Assembly: GCF_964204645.1 (NCBI RefSeq)
Contig: NC_134030.1
Span: forward strand, 16,182,110 to 16,246,109
DNA: 64,000 nucleotides
Direction: 5' to 3'
Source of the DNA: Tubulanus polymorphus
Taxonomy: Eukaryota > Animalia > Nemertea
The position numbers and the translations under genes are program-made. The notes under the pieces were generated by a model. It searched no databases and had not been told where the DNA came from. It saw only the letters and a program-made list of their open reading frames with translations. Shown here piece by piece: positions 31,752 through 44,436 of the stretch. The stretch's first letter is position 1; the number at the start of each line of letters is the position of its first letter.

Positions 31752-32151
31752 AATTATTTTTTTTTGCTTTTTTTCTAAAATATTTATCCATTTTTTTTAT
31801 TATCAATTTTGGAATTTCAGAAGTACTTTCATTTTTGATAGCAGTTGGTTCAGAATTACTAATATCATGAATTTTATTTGATTTCTTATACCAATTACAC
31901 CCAATCAAAATGAATACAATTACAAATCCAACTGTAAAATATAAATATTTATCAAATATTCTACTATCAGAAGGAGTAGAAATAACAATATTTTCACCAT
32001 TTTTATTAACATTTTTATTACTTATTTTTTCTTTTACAGCTTTTTTATATTCTTGTGATTTAATTCCTAATTGTCGAGACCATTCAATTTGTTTCTGAGT
32101 TCTCGGTTTTTTCTTCACAGTTAATTCCTTCACTTCTTTCACCTCGCTCAT
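31750..32151 (-). CDS. Small basic TM protein
   Basis: Orthologue of 8658-9026 with read-through extension. Confidence 0.7.
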   Translation of the reverse strand: MSEVKEVKELTVKKKPRTQKQIEWSRQLGIKSQEYKKAVKEKISNKNVNKNGENIVISTPSDSRIFDKYLYFTVGFVIVFILIGCNWYKKSNKIHDISNSEPTAIKNESTSEIPKLIIKKMDKYFRKKAKKNN

Positions 32152-32689
32152 TTATTATAGAAATATTTTTACTTTCAATATTTGAAAATGTTATAACTCC
32201 AGTTGATAATAATGTCATAAATCCACCTAATTGAAATGATAAATATCCAATCCATTTATTTAATTCAGTCATAACTAAATAGTCATTTTTTAAATCGGAA
32301 TATAATCTATTTTCATTTTCAATTGGTAGTATATAATTACATAATTTACTATAACCTTTTACTACATTTTCTGATATCGCGTCATTAATTCTAGCTGTTC
32401 TCGCGGCTTCATAAATCTTAAATAATCTAATAATTTTATCTGATTTCATTGTGTCTAATTCATTATAAGTTAAATTTTTACCGACAAAATTTTTACATTT
32501 TTCAGATGCTATTAATATTTCTAATTGATGTTTACAATAAAGATAATATTCATAATTATTATTTGTTGTAACATTATTTAAAGCACCATCATCTGGAGTT
32601 AATTTTGTTTCTGTTATTCCTAAATCATCTAAAGTTTTTTCAATTGGAACATCACCATTTTTAGATTTTATTTTCTTTTCACCTACCAT
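32084..32689 (-). CDS. Conserved Polinton hypothetical protein (201 aa)
   Basis: Orthologue of 8959-9564. Confidence 0.75.
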   Translation of the reverse strand: MVGEKKIKSKNGDVPIEKTLDDLGITETKLTPDDGALNNVTTNNNYEYYLYCKHQLEILIASEKCKNFVGKNLTYNELDTMKSDKIIRLFKIYEAARTARINDAISENVVKGYSKLCNYILPIENENRLYSDLKNDYLVMTELNKWIGYLSFQLGGFMTLLSTGVITFSNIESKNISIINERGERSEGINCEEKTENSETN

Positions 32690-32721
32690 TTATATAACAA
32701 AAAAATTAATTGTGTGATGTT

Positions 32722-32970
32722 GTAACTAGAATTTAACTAGAATGTAACTAGAATTCAACTAGATTAACAAGCTAGTTGAAATATTGTTGTTTTTGTTTAT
32801 TTCTTGTTAAATCTAGTTGATTTTTGTTTCAACTACTAACAACTAGAATTCAACTAGAATTTAACTAGAATTAGACTAGATTGACAAGCTAGTTAAAATA
32901 TTGTTAAATCTATTTGATTTTTGTTACAACTACCAATAACTAGAATTCAACTAGATTAACAAACTAATTG
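32722..32970. repeat. AACTAGAAT repeat array
   Basis: Orthologous to 9595-9868 with a different copy number. Confidence 0.75.
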
Positions 32971-32973
32971 AAT

Positions 32974-33582
32974 TTAAATAAATTCATATTTAAATGGGTG
33001 TTGTAATCTAAATAGTAATTTTGATCTTTTAATATTTTTCAACTTATCCATATATTCATTATGTAAATCATGTGGAATAATATCATTTTCCTCAAGTGCA
33101 TTTTTCATCGATTTTCTATCTTTATTGTAGAATAAAACTAGAAATCTAATGTTTTCTCTAAAGTCTTTAACAATTGAATTATATTTTTGATTTAAAACCC
33201 AAGTTGTTATCCCAAAATGTCTTCCAGAGAAAGCCAAATAACATAACTCACTTTCTCTAACTTTTGAATCATGTAGATTAGCACAATCATCTACAATGAA
33301 TAATGTATTTGATCCTTTATAAATATCAATTGCTATTTTTATACAATTATCTAAATTTTCTTTTACTGTTTTAGGATCTAATATAATAAATTTATTATTT
33401 CTAGTAATATTTCTATCATAAGTTTGATTAAATTCATATGTTGGACAAAATAATACTATATTATCAAAATAGTTTTTGTAAACAGTTTCTAATAAATTTA
33501 ATATAAAATAAGTTTTTCCACAATTTGTTACACCAGAAATTAACATATTATGAGGTTCAAATATAAATAATTCCTTATTCAT
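32974..33582 (-). CDS. A32-like packaging ATPase
   Basis: Walker A/B motifs; intact. Confidence 0.92.
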   Translation of the reverse strand: MNKELFIFEPHNMLISGVTNCGKTYFILNLLETVYKNYFDNIVLFCPTYEFNQTYDRNITRNNKFIILDPKTVKENLDNCIKIAIDIYKGSNTLFIVDDCANLHDSKVRESELCYLAFSGRHFGITTWVLNQKYNSIVKDFRENIRFLVLFYNKDRKSMKNALEENDIIPHDLHNEYMDKLKNIKRSKLLFRLQHPFKYEFI

Positions 33583-34363
33583 TTATATATTTTTAATTTT
33601 ACTTGATAATATCCATTCATTGAATTTATCTGGCCATCCAACCCATTTTACTAAAGAATATTTTTTTCTTTTAACAGTTTTTGTTTTTAGTACTTTTTCA
33701 ATTTTATATTCTTGTTCTAGATTTTCAGTAGTTAAACTTAATTCTTCTTCATAAAAATATCCATCAACTTCTTCACCATCTAAATCTTCTAATTTATAGA
33801 CATATGGTTTTGTTGTTAATTCCTTTTTTATTTTATATATTTCTCTAGTAAAATTTCGATCGTATCCTTTGTCAAATATCTTTTTATACTTAGAAATTCT
33901 AACATTTTGACCAACTTTAAATTTAGGTTCACCAAAATCATCTACAAGAAATGCTCCATATAAATTATTCCAAACAATTTCAGCATTTTCAGGTTTTCTA
34001 GCATCAATAGGTTTCATTCCAATAGAAGAATGATAAGAATTATTATATCCTTCTATAAATTTTGGTAAAACATCAATCCATTTATAAGTATTATTTGCTG
34101 TGAAATATTTTGACATTCTTGTTCTCAATGTTCTATTAAATCGTTCAACAACTGCTGCTTTTTTATCCGATTTTGTCGAAAAATATTTAATATTATGAAA
34201 ATCTAAAAGTCCATGAACTAATGAATTATCAAATTCTTTTCCATCATCAAATTGAATTTTTTCTGGTTTTAGTTTACCACCTGAAAGAAATTTTCTTAAA
34301 ACATGTGATGTTTGTGCAGCATCTTTTCTATAAAGTGGAAAGCTCCATACATAACGACTAAAA
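33583..34363 (-). pseudogene. Integrase-chromodomain, N-terminus deleted
   Basis: Colinear with A 10478-11258, then deleted. Confidence 0.85.
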
Positions 34364-34379
34364 TTCCATATATACCATA

Positions 34380-34856
34380 TATATATTTGCTTCCATATAT
34401 ACTTTTTATCAATTTATCTACATCATTTGTTAATATTGCGCTATTAGCTTCTGATCTTAATTTATTTTGGTTTTCTGATTGGATACCTTGAAATATCACA
34501 TTATTTCTATTTTCTTTAGTTAACCATAAATCTTTATAGTGCATAAATAAATTATAATCATCTAATGAGAAAACTGTTTCTGGACCAATCTTTATAGTTA
34601 ATTTTTTAATCAAATATCTTCCAACATTATCAACAACATAATTATTATTATTAGCAATTACTTTTATATCAGCTGATAAATAAATACTATTTGGAACATA
34701 AAAAGTATTTTGTGTTAATCGAGGGATTCTAACATATAAAGTTTCATCGGGATTAATATTTGAAGGGTTATGAGTAATTATATGATGTGATCTTTCTGCT
34801 TTAATAGCATTAGATATTCTAGAAATCTTAGAAGGACTTATATAACTTCCACTCAT
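34380..34856 (-). pseudogene. Major capsid protein, C-terminally deleted
   Basis: First ~158 codons match A; ~1.17-kb deletion joins it to the integrase. Confidence 0.85.
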
Positions 34857-34876
34857 TTATTTAACAAAAAAATTAA

Positions 34877-36302
34877 TTATTTATTTTTAATCATATTCAC
34901 TAACCCAAAAATAATAGCACTTACAACTGTGATTAAAAATAAAATAATATGTTCAGCAGCAAAGTTAAGAATATTACCTGCAGATTTCGATATAAAACCA
35001 ACAATTGAAGCAATAACTCCTGGCAATGCTGCAGCAGATTTCTTTGATAGTTCCCATAAATATTTTGCTAATTTCTTTAAACCATCCTTAACTTTATCTT
35101 GTATAGAATTATTATCATTCGGGGGTTTATCTGGTTTATTGGGAGTAGGAGTAGATTTCAAAGCATTTGATATTGCTAAACCAATTGTTGTAAATAACAT
35201 AGTTACAGCTGTTAGAATTGAAAGAATTGTTATTCCTTCTAACTTAAATAATAACTTTATTCTGTCTTTTAATGATATTTCAGAATTTGGTTTTATTAGA
35301 TATCTTTTAAAAACATCTTTTAATCTTTTAAAATTATTACCAAATTCTTTTAATAATATATCTCTTTCACCTTTTTGTACTTCTAAATTATCTTTTAAAT
35401 CATCTTTTTCTTTTTCTAAACGTAATTCTTTTTGTTTATATTCTATTTCATCAATTACTTGATGATCGAAATCAGACTTTAATTTTTCTATTTCTTTATT
35501 TTTATCAGTTAATTCTTTTTCTAAAGTTCTAATTTTAAAATCTCATACTTTTATTATGTGCAATTTTATCAGCTTCATTTCTTATACTAATAATTTCTCT
35601 AATTGCTTCATCAGAAAATATATTTAAATTTTCTAATTCTTGATCTGTTGCATCAAGTAATCCATTTGGTAAAAGTTTTTCAGTTTGAACTTCGCTTGAA
35701 TTAGGTTTACTAGTTTTGTAATTAATAACTTCTTTAGGAATTTTTTTTTGTCTTCAATTTTCATTAATTATCTAAAAAAAATTAGCATATCTTTGTTTAA
35801 ATTCTTTTAAATTATCAGATCTTTCTTTTTCTGTAACATCAGTTATAACATCATTATTGATTTTCTTAATTCTAGATTGTTCTAATAAATTAGCGGTTGA
35901 TTGTATTATTATTTTATCGCTACTTTTAAGATTTGAAATCTTAAAATAATAGTCGCCTTTCAATTTCCAATAATAATCACCATTTAAATATTTTAAATCT
36001 TTTACTAAATAATTCATACCTTTATTTGTTATATTGAAACCAGATCTTTTTAATATTGGTTTAAATTCATAAATATTTTCATTATATTTTAATTCTTTTT
36101 CTGTTAATTCTGGTACTTCATTTTCAATACTTATCTTTGAACGTGCTTTGTCAATAAATTCAGGTGTAGTTAAATAAGAATTATATGCTGTTTCATTACC
36201 ATCATTAAAACTTGTTTCATCAAAATCAGGTGGTTGTTCATCAGTTATACCAGGTTCATCAAAAGGATCCATTCCAATATCTTCTCCACCTTCTACTTCC
36301 AT
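34877..36302 (-). pseudogene. Coiled-coil/membrane protein, frameshifted
   Basis: Orthologue of 12950-14395 split over several frames. Confidence 0.75.
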
Positions 36303-36318
36303 TTATATAATAAAAAAA

Positions 36319-37169
36319 TTAAAATTTAAAATATAATATTCCTCCGATTACAATTCCTATACAAGTTATAGCTAATTTAGTATTTTCATAGGATTTATTA
36401 TCATCATTTATTTTAATTATATCATGTTGAATATTATCAGTTTTAATATTTTCTGATGTATTGTAATCTTTTATTTTAGAATCATTAACCAATTTAATAT
36501 TCTTAGTTTTAGTTTCTGTTGATTGAATATGTTTTTTATTTTTTTCACCTTCCATTAATTTTGGAGCAGTAATAATCTTTTTATTTATATCATTCAATCC
36601 AAATGAATTATTTATTGTTGCAGTTTTAATTAGATTATTATAACCAATTATGTTTCCCATCTTTAATACTAAATCATTAGAAATAATTAATAGATTAGGG
36701 CCTATACAATAATTAAGTCTTACATGAGATTTATCTAAATAATTTTGATATCTTATAATGTTTTCTGGAATCGATCTATTTTTATCATTATGAATTGAAT
36801 CTTCAAATAAAACTTTAAATTGTTTTTGTGTATCGAATGATGTATTCAAATTTCCAATTATCGGTGATCTTGTTTCAACTTGTGATCCTAGAATAATAAA
36901 GTTAAAACACTTGAACTTAATCCTAATACACCAATTGATATAGCTAATGGTGTTAATGGACTAAATATTGCTAGAAATGTTATTACAGAACTAATTGTAA
37001 CCGAACCACTTATAATCAAATAATATATAATTTTACTTTTTAAATATTTTTTCTTTTTTATCTTTAAGTCACTTTCAAATTCTAATATTTGTTTTTCTAA
37101 ATATGTTTTTAATTTAGTTTTATTTATATCATGAGGAATAATATCAATACTATCAACTTTATCTTCCAT
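36319..37169 (-). pseudogene. Remnants of the 381-aa and 144-aa genes joined by a ~0.9-kb deletion
   Basis: Junction at ~36890-36900 skips A ~14990-15893. Confidence 0.75.
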
Positions 37170-37188
37170 TTATTTAGAATAAAAATTA

Positions 37189-37611
37189 CTAATTAGTAAA
37201 CTTATAAGCAACAAATATAACAATAACAGTTCCACCTAAAATCCATATTATTTCATATTTCTGTTGTTCTTTACTTGGGGTATAATAATCTGATAATTTG
37301 GGTTTGTATAGATGTAATTTTTCTTTATTTGTTACTGCGTTATATAAACTCATTGCATCATCAACTGATTGAAAATCTCTATGTGAAATCTTCTGATCAT
37401 ATAATTCTTTATTGATGTAATCCATATAGTTTTGTCTCTTTTCTCTATATTCTTCTGCAGCTTTATTGTATTTCTCTAACGCTAAATTATGTCTTCTTTG
37501 TTCTCCTAATGAACTATTTTTATCAATATGTTTAAATAAATAACCACCACCAGTAAATGCTAAAGCGTTAACAATTGCCGATCCTATAATAGTTATAATT
37601 GCAGAAGCCAT
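37189..37611 (-). CDS. Conserved 140-aa protein
   Basis: Orthologue of 16183-16605. Confidence 0.75.
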   Translation of the reverse strand: MASAIITIIGSAIVNALAFTGGGYLFKHIDKNSSLGEQRRHNLALEKYNKAAEEYREKRQNYMDYINKELYDQKISHRDFQSVDDAMSLYNAVTNKEKLHLYKPKLSDYYTPSKEQQKYEIIWILGGTVIVIFVAYKFTN

Positions 37612-37635
37612 TTATTTAGCAAAAAAATTATGCAT

Positions 37636-37857
37636 TTATATGGGAGGAATATATTTTTGTTTTTCCAAATAATCAATAGTTAAATTAGATAAAGTAACTG
37701 CTAATGTTAACTTTAAAATATCATTGATATCAAATCTATCAACATTAACACTTCCCATTTTGAATACTTTTTTTAATACCATTGAATAACCAACAGTTCC
37801 AACTGATAGTAATGCACCATTATATAATCCAGTTATTATCCACTTATTATCACTCAT
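37636..37857 (-). CDS. 73-aa small membrane protein
   Basis: Identical to 16631-16852. Confidence 0.7.
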   Translation of the reverse strand: MSDNKWIITGLYNGALLSVGTVGYSMVLKKVFKMGSVNVDRFDINDILKLTLAVTLSNLTIDYLEKQKYIPPI

Positions 37858-38214
37858 TTATTTATCAAAAAAATTACTATCATCAAAATATTTAGTTAAC
37901 TTAGTGATGATTATTTCAACATTTATTTTATTACTAGTTTCATTTGTATATATTTCAATTATTATTTTTTTAATATCATCGATTATAAAATCTTCATCTA
38001 ATTCATAAAATCTTAAAGATTCTCTAATTAAATTAGTAATCTTTTCTACATTTAAAGTTTCTTTATCTATTGTTGTTTCATACTCAAATGTTGTTTCATT
38101 AGAAAATGTAATATTTTTGATATGTGTAATTACATCATTAATATTAAATTTCATTTCTTTCTCACGTTTAAAATCAAATCCAAAACATATACTCGGTCCA
38201 ACAGTTATATTCAT
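37858..38214 (-). CDS. Hypothetical protein (118 aa)
   Basis: Orthologue of 16853-17212. Confidence 0.7.
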   Translation of the reverse strand: MNITVGPSICFGFDFKREKEMKFNINDVITHIKNITFSNETTFEYETTIDKETLNVEKITNLIRESLRFYELDEDFIIDDIKKIIIEIYTNETSNKINVEIIITKLTKYFDDSNFFDK

Positions 38215-38230
38215 TTATATATCAAAAAAA

Positions 38231-38986
38231 TTACTCTCTACATCTTATAACTAATTCATATATCACAGGAAAGTTATTTAAATCAATTAAGTATCCATTA
38301 TGATTTCTTATTTCTAATTTAAAATTATTAAATTTAGGAATGCAAGGTTTAAAATCACATTCTGTTAAATTATAATTTATTTGAGTTCCAAATTGTTTAA
38401 CATTTTTTAGCGGTAAAATATTTAGTATACTAGAACTACAAATTGTTTCTTTAGTTGCTTCGAAAGTTTTTGTAGGCTCGATTAAATTGCAATAAATATA
38501 AAAGTGTGTAAAAGGTATTATATTTGAGCTGCCTTCTGCGTTTCCAGTAACTGTAAGCGGTTTAATTACTAACATTTTAGACAGTGGTTTGTTTACCATA
38601 AATTTATGTTGTTCATTAGATATCTTTATTCTAATTTTATTAGTACTATCAATTTTATTAAATCTAATTTCAAATACAGAACTGCCCCCGATTTTCAACC
38701 GAGCTCTTCTATTAATTTCCTGCGCTAATGATTCTAAATTATATAATCCTGGTTTTAAAAATATATGAAACCATTTATCTTTATTTCTCATATAAATCAT
38801 AAACCCTCTATGTTCAAAAGTTTTATCTGATATATTATAAAATGAGTTACATAAACTTATATTTACTAATTTTAAATCTACACAATTCTTAAATTCTCTA
38901 TCTAATTGTACTAGTAAATTATGTGATTTATAATTTGTAAGTTTTCTAGAATCAACAAATATTCTGTATTCTTTTAATTCTAACAT
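38231..38986 (-). CDS. Minor capsid protein (penton)
   Basis: Orthologue of 17229-18026 with a divergent central segment. Confidence 0.72.
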   Translation of the reverse strand: MLELKEYRIFVDSRKLTNYKSHNLLVQLDREFKNCVDLKLVNISLCNSFYNISDKTFEHRGFMIYMRNKDKWFHIFLKPGLYNLESLAQEINRRARLKIGGSSVFEIRFNKIDSTNKIRIKISNEQHKFMVNKPLSKMLVIKPLTVTGNAEGSSNIIPFTHFYIYCNLIEPTKTFEATKETICSSSILNILPLKNVKQFGTQINYNLTECDFKPCIPKFNNFKLEIRNHNGYLIDLNNFPVIYELVIRCRE

Positions 38987-39054
38987 TATTTATAACATAA
39001 AAAAATTACCGCTCATCACTAAAAATTATTTTAAATAAAATTTTTCCTAAATAA

Positions 39055-40356
39055 ATGGATGAGAAGATAGCATGTGAAATTTGTGGTGAACTTCTAAGAA
39101 AAAGTAATAAGGCTCGACATATGAAAAAACATAATGAAAATTATAAACCCCCTAAAATCAACTGCCCAAAATGTAATAAATTATTCTCAAGAAATTATGT
39201 TAAAAAACATTCAGAGAAGTGTAGAATTAATGGCGCAACGGCTAATGTTGATAGTAATTCTGCTGAAGTTGAACCTGAAGTTATTTGGAAAAAACCTTTC
39301 TTATTCTATGATAAGGATAATATAAAAGATCATTTCTGTGAGCCTTGTCGAATGAAATATAACCCTGAAAATATAGAAGATTGGGAGAATCATCAATTTC
39401 GTAAAGCACATATAGATAAAATTTCTAATAAATTTGAAACTGAATTCAATGAAAGAAAAAATAATTTATTAGAAAAAATAAAATATGAGAAAACGTTACC
39501 AGATAATGAAGAAACAGTTGAAAAGTTAGAAAAACAATATAATGAATTAACAAGAAAAACATATTATTGTAAATATTGAAAATTGATTATTACAACAAGT
39601 AATTCAAATCTACATAATAGAACAATAAAACATAAAGAAAACGTAAGAAAATACCAAGAGCTTAATGAAGATCTATTACTAATAAATTATAAACGAAAAT
39701 GTCCACAATGTAGTTATGCGACCTTAAGACAAGAAGGTACTGTGTTATTTTGTAATGAATGTGGATGGCAAAAGAATTTATGGGGTGAAGAAAAAACTAG
39801 AGATTTTCTCATAGATCCAAAATTAAATTATCTTGATGAAATTTTTAAAATATTTTCTATAGAAGATCATACACCAGAATATATACAATGACTTGAAAAA
39901 ATGAAAATAATAGAAAATGAAAATGGTGAAATAACTAAAAAAGATATTATAAAAACAATTATTCCACCAACATTTAACACAAAACAAAAGAAAATGTATT
40001 TATATTTATTATTTAACGATTATTATGAAAAACCTTAATTAACAGAAGAAGATATGAAAAATATAAAAAAAATATCCAAACAAATATTAATGTATCATTT
40101 GGAAAATAGAATAACAGATTCAATAAATTATGAATTCTTTTTAAATAAGATTATAAATTATTTAAACCTAGATATTATAATTCCATTTGATGAATTAACA
40201 AACAAAAAGAAACAAAGAGAGCGAGATGAAATGTGGAACAAGATAGAACTTTATTTAAATGAGAAAAATGGAATGGAAGAAGAACCTGAACAATTAAATG
40301 AAAATGAAGAAGACAATAGTGATTTCGAGTTTGATGATATTGATTTTATGTTTTAA
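39055..40356 (+). pseudogene. Multi-Zn-finger protein with nonsense mutations
   Basis: Orthologue of 18095-19392; in-frame stops. Confidence 0.75.
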
Positions 40357-43300
40357 TAACCATAAGGTAATGTTTTTATACCATCATCTAAAATATGCCT
40401 TTTATCATCAAATGGATTTAAACTAGTTTTTTCAACTTCATTAATGTACATCTCATGATCTTCTGATCTTAAACAATTCATTTTGTGTTTCATTACAATT
40501 GATTTATATAATCACTTTATATAATCTTGAAATTCTATATGTTTATCAACCACATGTTTTGTTATTCCTTTTAACTTTTTAGCTTCATGATCTTTTGTTC
40601 TGTAACTATACATTTTACTTCTTATCCCAACAAATTCAATCATTTCATCACCTCCTAATTCATCTTTAAACTTACCAGGAATCTTTTTATTATCATTGCT
40701 AAATAGTTCATGATCTTTGGGGTAATTGCTAAAATCAAAATAATGTTTTAATGTTTTTAAGTCTTTTGTTATATCATTTGTCTTGATTTTTAGTATGTAA
40801 CTGTCAGTATCAAAATATAATATTTCAATGTGTTTTTCCCCAAAATGGGGTTGTAATACATTATAATAGAATTCATACATTAGTAATTTTGATACTTCTA
40901 AAACAGTCGAACCAATAAATATAGGTTTATCAAATTTCATGGATGTTCTTTTTAATTTTACCGCGGTTAAATAATCCTCAAACCTTTTATTTCCTAAATG
41001 TCTAGGACTTGATTGTAGGTGTCTTAATCTTTCATAATTATTCACTAATTCAATATCATTTCTATTTCTAATATTTTCACATGTTTTTTCATAAAAACTA
41101 TTGTTCATCAATTTGAAAAAATCTTTTTCGAAATCAGTTTTTGATATGGTTCTCTGTTGAGTATTGAAATCTATATATTTTTCTAACCACTTCGATTGAT
41201 TAAATTCAATATATCTATGTACTTTCTTTAATTTCATTCCTTGTTTTAGATAAAATTTTAACATTCTATAATGAACAATATAATTGTATTTATTATTTTG
41301 AGTAAGTATTAATTTTTCTGTAAAAACATGATCTTTCGGTTTTATTTTCTTCTGGTATTCACTTAAATAACTATCATCTACAGTTAAATGTTCTGGGCAA
41401 TAAGGTAAGTTTCTTGTTTTAAACTTTATATTTTCAGGATATTCTAAATCAACTACAAAGAAATAACCAATTGGTGCTTCATCTTTTAAACTAATAATTG
41501 CGCTTTCCCAATCAGTTTTATCACCATTTTCAACTTCTGTTAATATAAAATTTTTATATGGTTGAGGTTGCATCATTGCCCAACCATATAAATTATTGGC
41601 GTCAATATATAATAATTTATATTCATCATTTGCTTTAAAATACCTATCTCCCATAACACCACTAATTCCACCTCTAATTGATTTTTCAAATAATAAAACC
41701 ATATCTGGTTCTTTTAATAAATCTAATTCTACATTTGTATATTTTAAACCACATTGCCAGGTTAAACCAGGACTAGAGTAGCAATAACAAGGATCAACAT
41801 TAAAATGATTCAAATTAACTTCTCTAAATTTTTCAAATATGTCAGCCAATATCATAACATCTGATTTCAAATATAAATCAACTAATTCACCATGATTTTT
41901 CATCTTAAAATGGTTCCAAATATTTAATGTTCTATCAAAAACTTCGTCTTTCACATACTCCTCTTTTAATTTATCATAAAATTGATCTTTCAATAATTTC
42001 GTTTCTTTGAAATCATTGTGTGTTTTATAAAATGAATAAGGAATTGCGCCTTTATATCTCAATAATTTAAAATCTTGTTCATTTGGATAATAATATCGAG
42101 TTATAATAAAATCATTATCAACTAAACTTTTTGATAAATTATCTAATGAACTTGCTAGAAATCTATAAGAATCTAAAAATCTAATGCAACCAAATTGAAA
42201 TGAAATATAATTTTCAGATGTTTTAGCTAATAGTTTAAAATCATATTTTCTTACATTTGCTTCATTCATAGCATTATATTCTTCTATTTCTTGATTAATT
42301 GCGCCCAATTTTCCCGATAATTGTTTTATAAATAGATGGGTATCATATCCTGATAAATTATGAAATAATATTGGTACGAAATTTACTTTCTTAGCTTGTA
42401 AATTGCAATCTTCATGAGCAGCTCCACGATATTTTGAATTTAAATGATCATGATCTCTAACTCTTTTATCAAATGAATAAAAACGTTTTTCACAATAACA
42501 ACAATGAGTTGCATAATTAAAATCAATTTCATCTTCTTTTGTCATAACTATTCTTTTATTTTTGTTTAATAATTTTGCAAAATCACTTTCTAATTCAATA
42601 ATTTTATCACAAAAATCATTAACTACATTTTCACCTCTAAAAGAAATATATTGACTTTCATATAATTCGGGATAATTTGATTTTATATAAATTCCATAAG
42701 CAGCAGCTCTTTGATGAACTTTTTTAATTGTATTTATAATTGGTGGGTCTTGAATTATATCTTCATTTAATTCACTTCCTTTATCCATTGATTTTAATAA
42801 TTGCTTTTTGTTATATATTTCTTTTCTATCTTGATCAGTTAATTCTTTATTCAACGATTCAAAATCCCCATAAATTACAAATGGAACAATATTTTTAAAT
42901 TTATGATTAGTAAATTTCAATTTATAATCTTTTTCTGTTGGCATTATTAATTTACAAAAATCTTTATTATCACATAATTCTTTATGTTTTAATAATGTAT
43001 TCTCAGTCATAAATTGAGATAAACATTTTCTACATAGATAAATTTTATTATGATGATCACTTTCTGTTCTAAAGAATAAATCAATTTGTTTTAACCACAT
43101 ATAATGTTCATTTTCATCTTTTTTGTAATATAACAAATCTATAGCATTTTCATCATCATAATATTCTGTTAAATATAAAGCTTCCAATGTATAATCTTTA
43201 ATATTTTCACCTTTTGTCTTTGGTAATTGCATTAATTCGAATACATTTATTTTTAAATTATTAACTTTTTCTATTTTAGGAATCATTTTTATAGTTACTG

Positions 43301-44351
43301 GATATTGATCAATTTTATATAATGTTTCATATTTCCGATAATCTGTTATTCTACAAACATTTTCCTGTGATGGATGTAAGCAACTAATAATTGCCCACAG
43401 AAAACATTTGTTGTCTTCATTTTTAACATTTATAATTGCTTTTGATAAAAATGGTAATTTAATATAACTTGATGCTTTCATATCTTTTTCTATTATAAAG
43501 TTTGAATTATTTTTAAACATTTTATTACTTTTTGATGTTTTATTTCTTTTTGTATTATAAACATTTAAATCTAAATATATAATTTCATTCAATGTTAAGC
43601 CAGAACCCTCAAAATATCTTTCTTCAATATGACGTTTAAATTCATTTAATATTTTTTCTAACTTCTCTTTTATTTGTGTTTTTGAAATTATTTCTTCAGA
43701 GAGTGTTTGAATATTATAATCCATTTTTTCTTCTGACTTTATAAAACTTACTTTCCCAGAGATACTAATTTTTGGATATTCAACATCTGTTATCAAATCT
43801 AGTATTTTTTCTATTATTTCATTAAATTTACTATAATCTTCTATTGTTGTACCTTTAAAAAATCTAAATATAATAGCTGCAGGACCAATTTTACTATGTA
43901 ATGTTTCTAAGATTTCAATTGTATCTTTTATTTCTAGTGAATCAATATAATTTCTAACATTTTCCATGTAAGGTTTATTTGAAATGGATTTTGTTTTTGA
44001 AGTTGATTCTTTTACTTGTTGAGGTTTATTATCAAAATAATCTTTTCCTAAAACATTATTACTCAAATTTTGGCGGTGTTTTTGTGATTCGAGATGTCTA
44101 TTATAATTCCTTTTTACTATAAATTCATTACAAACTTCACATTTTATTTCATCCACATTCATATTTTCTAATCGTTCTTTTCTTTCATTAGAATTTTCTG
44201 GAGTTTCAAAATCTATTACATTTTTTATATGATTTGCAGTTTTTTCATGTCGTGTTTTATGAGATGTATCGATGTATTTTTTACAATATGGACAATAATA
44301 TTGATTTTTATTGACATTATTGTTTTCTAGTTGGTGTTCATTCTCCCCCAT
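40353..44351 (-). pseudogene. polB: Protein-primed PolB, intein-free allele; ORF open to a premature stop at 40512
   Basis: IDANNLYG, KLMNNSFYEK (G>E in motif B), YFDTDS; last ~50 codons lost to TGT>TGA. Confidence 0.93.
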
Positions 44352-44436
44352 TTATTAGGGAAAAAAATTACTTGTGGTGATGAGTGGTGTCTCGCCCTCT
44401 CGCCCTCTGATCTGAAAGCCTACTTTTCCAATTACT
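44268..44436 (-). repeat. Right TIR of element B
   Basis: Inverted copy of 29179-29348. Confidence 0.9.

Larger units (their letters stand above)
29179..44436. mobile_element. Polinton/Maverick element B, 15.3 kb; sister of A with two internal deletions and an extra HNH gene
   Basis: TIRs AGTAATTGG.../...CCAATTACT; 6-bp TSD CATGTA (29173-29178, 44437-44442). Confidence 0.95.

Noticed and set aside
31682-31870. 62-aa ORF starting in the conserved element (MTYLDNL...)
   Set aside because: The frame is not maintained in the other copies, so conservation is unlikely to be protein-coding.
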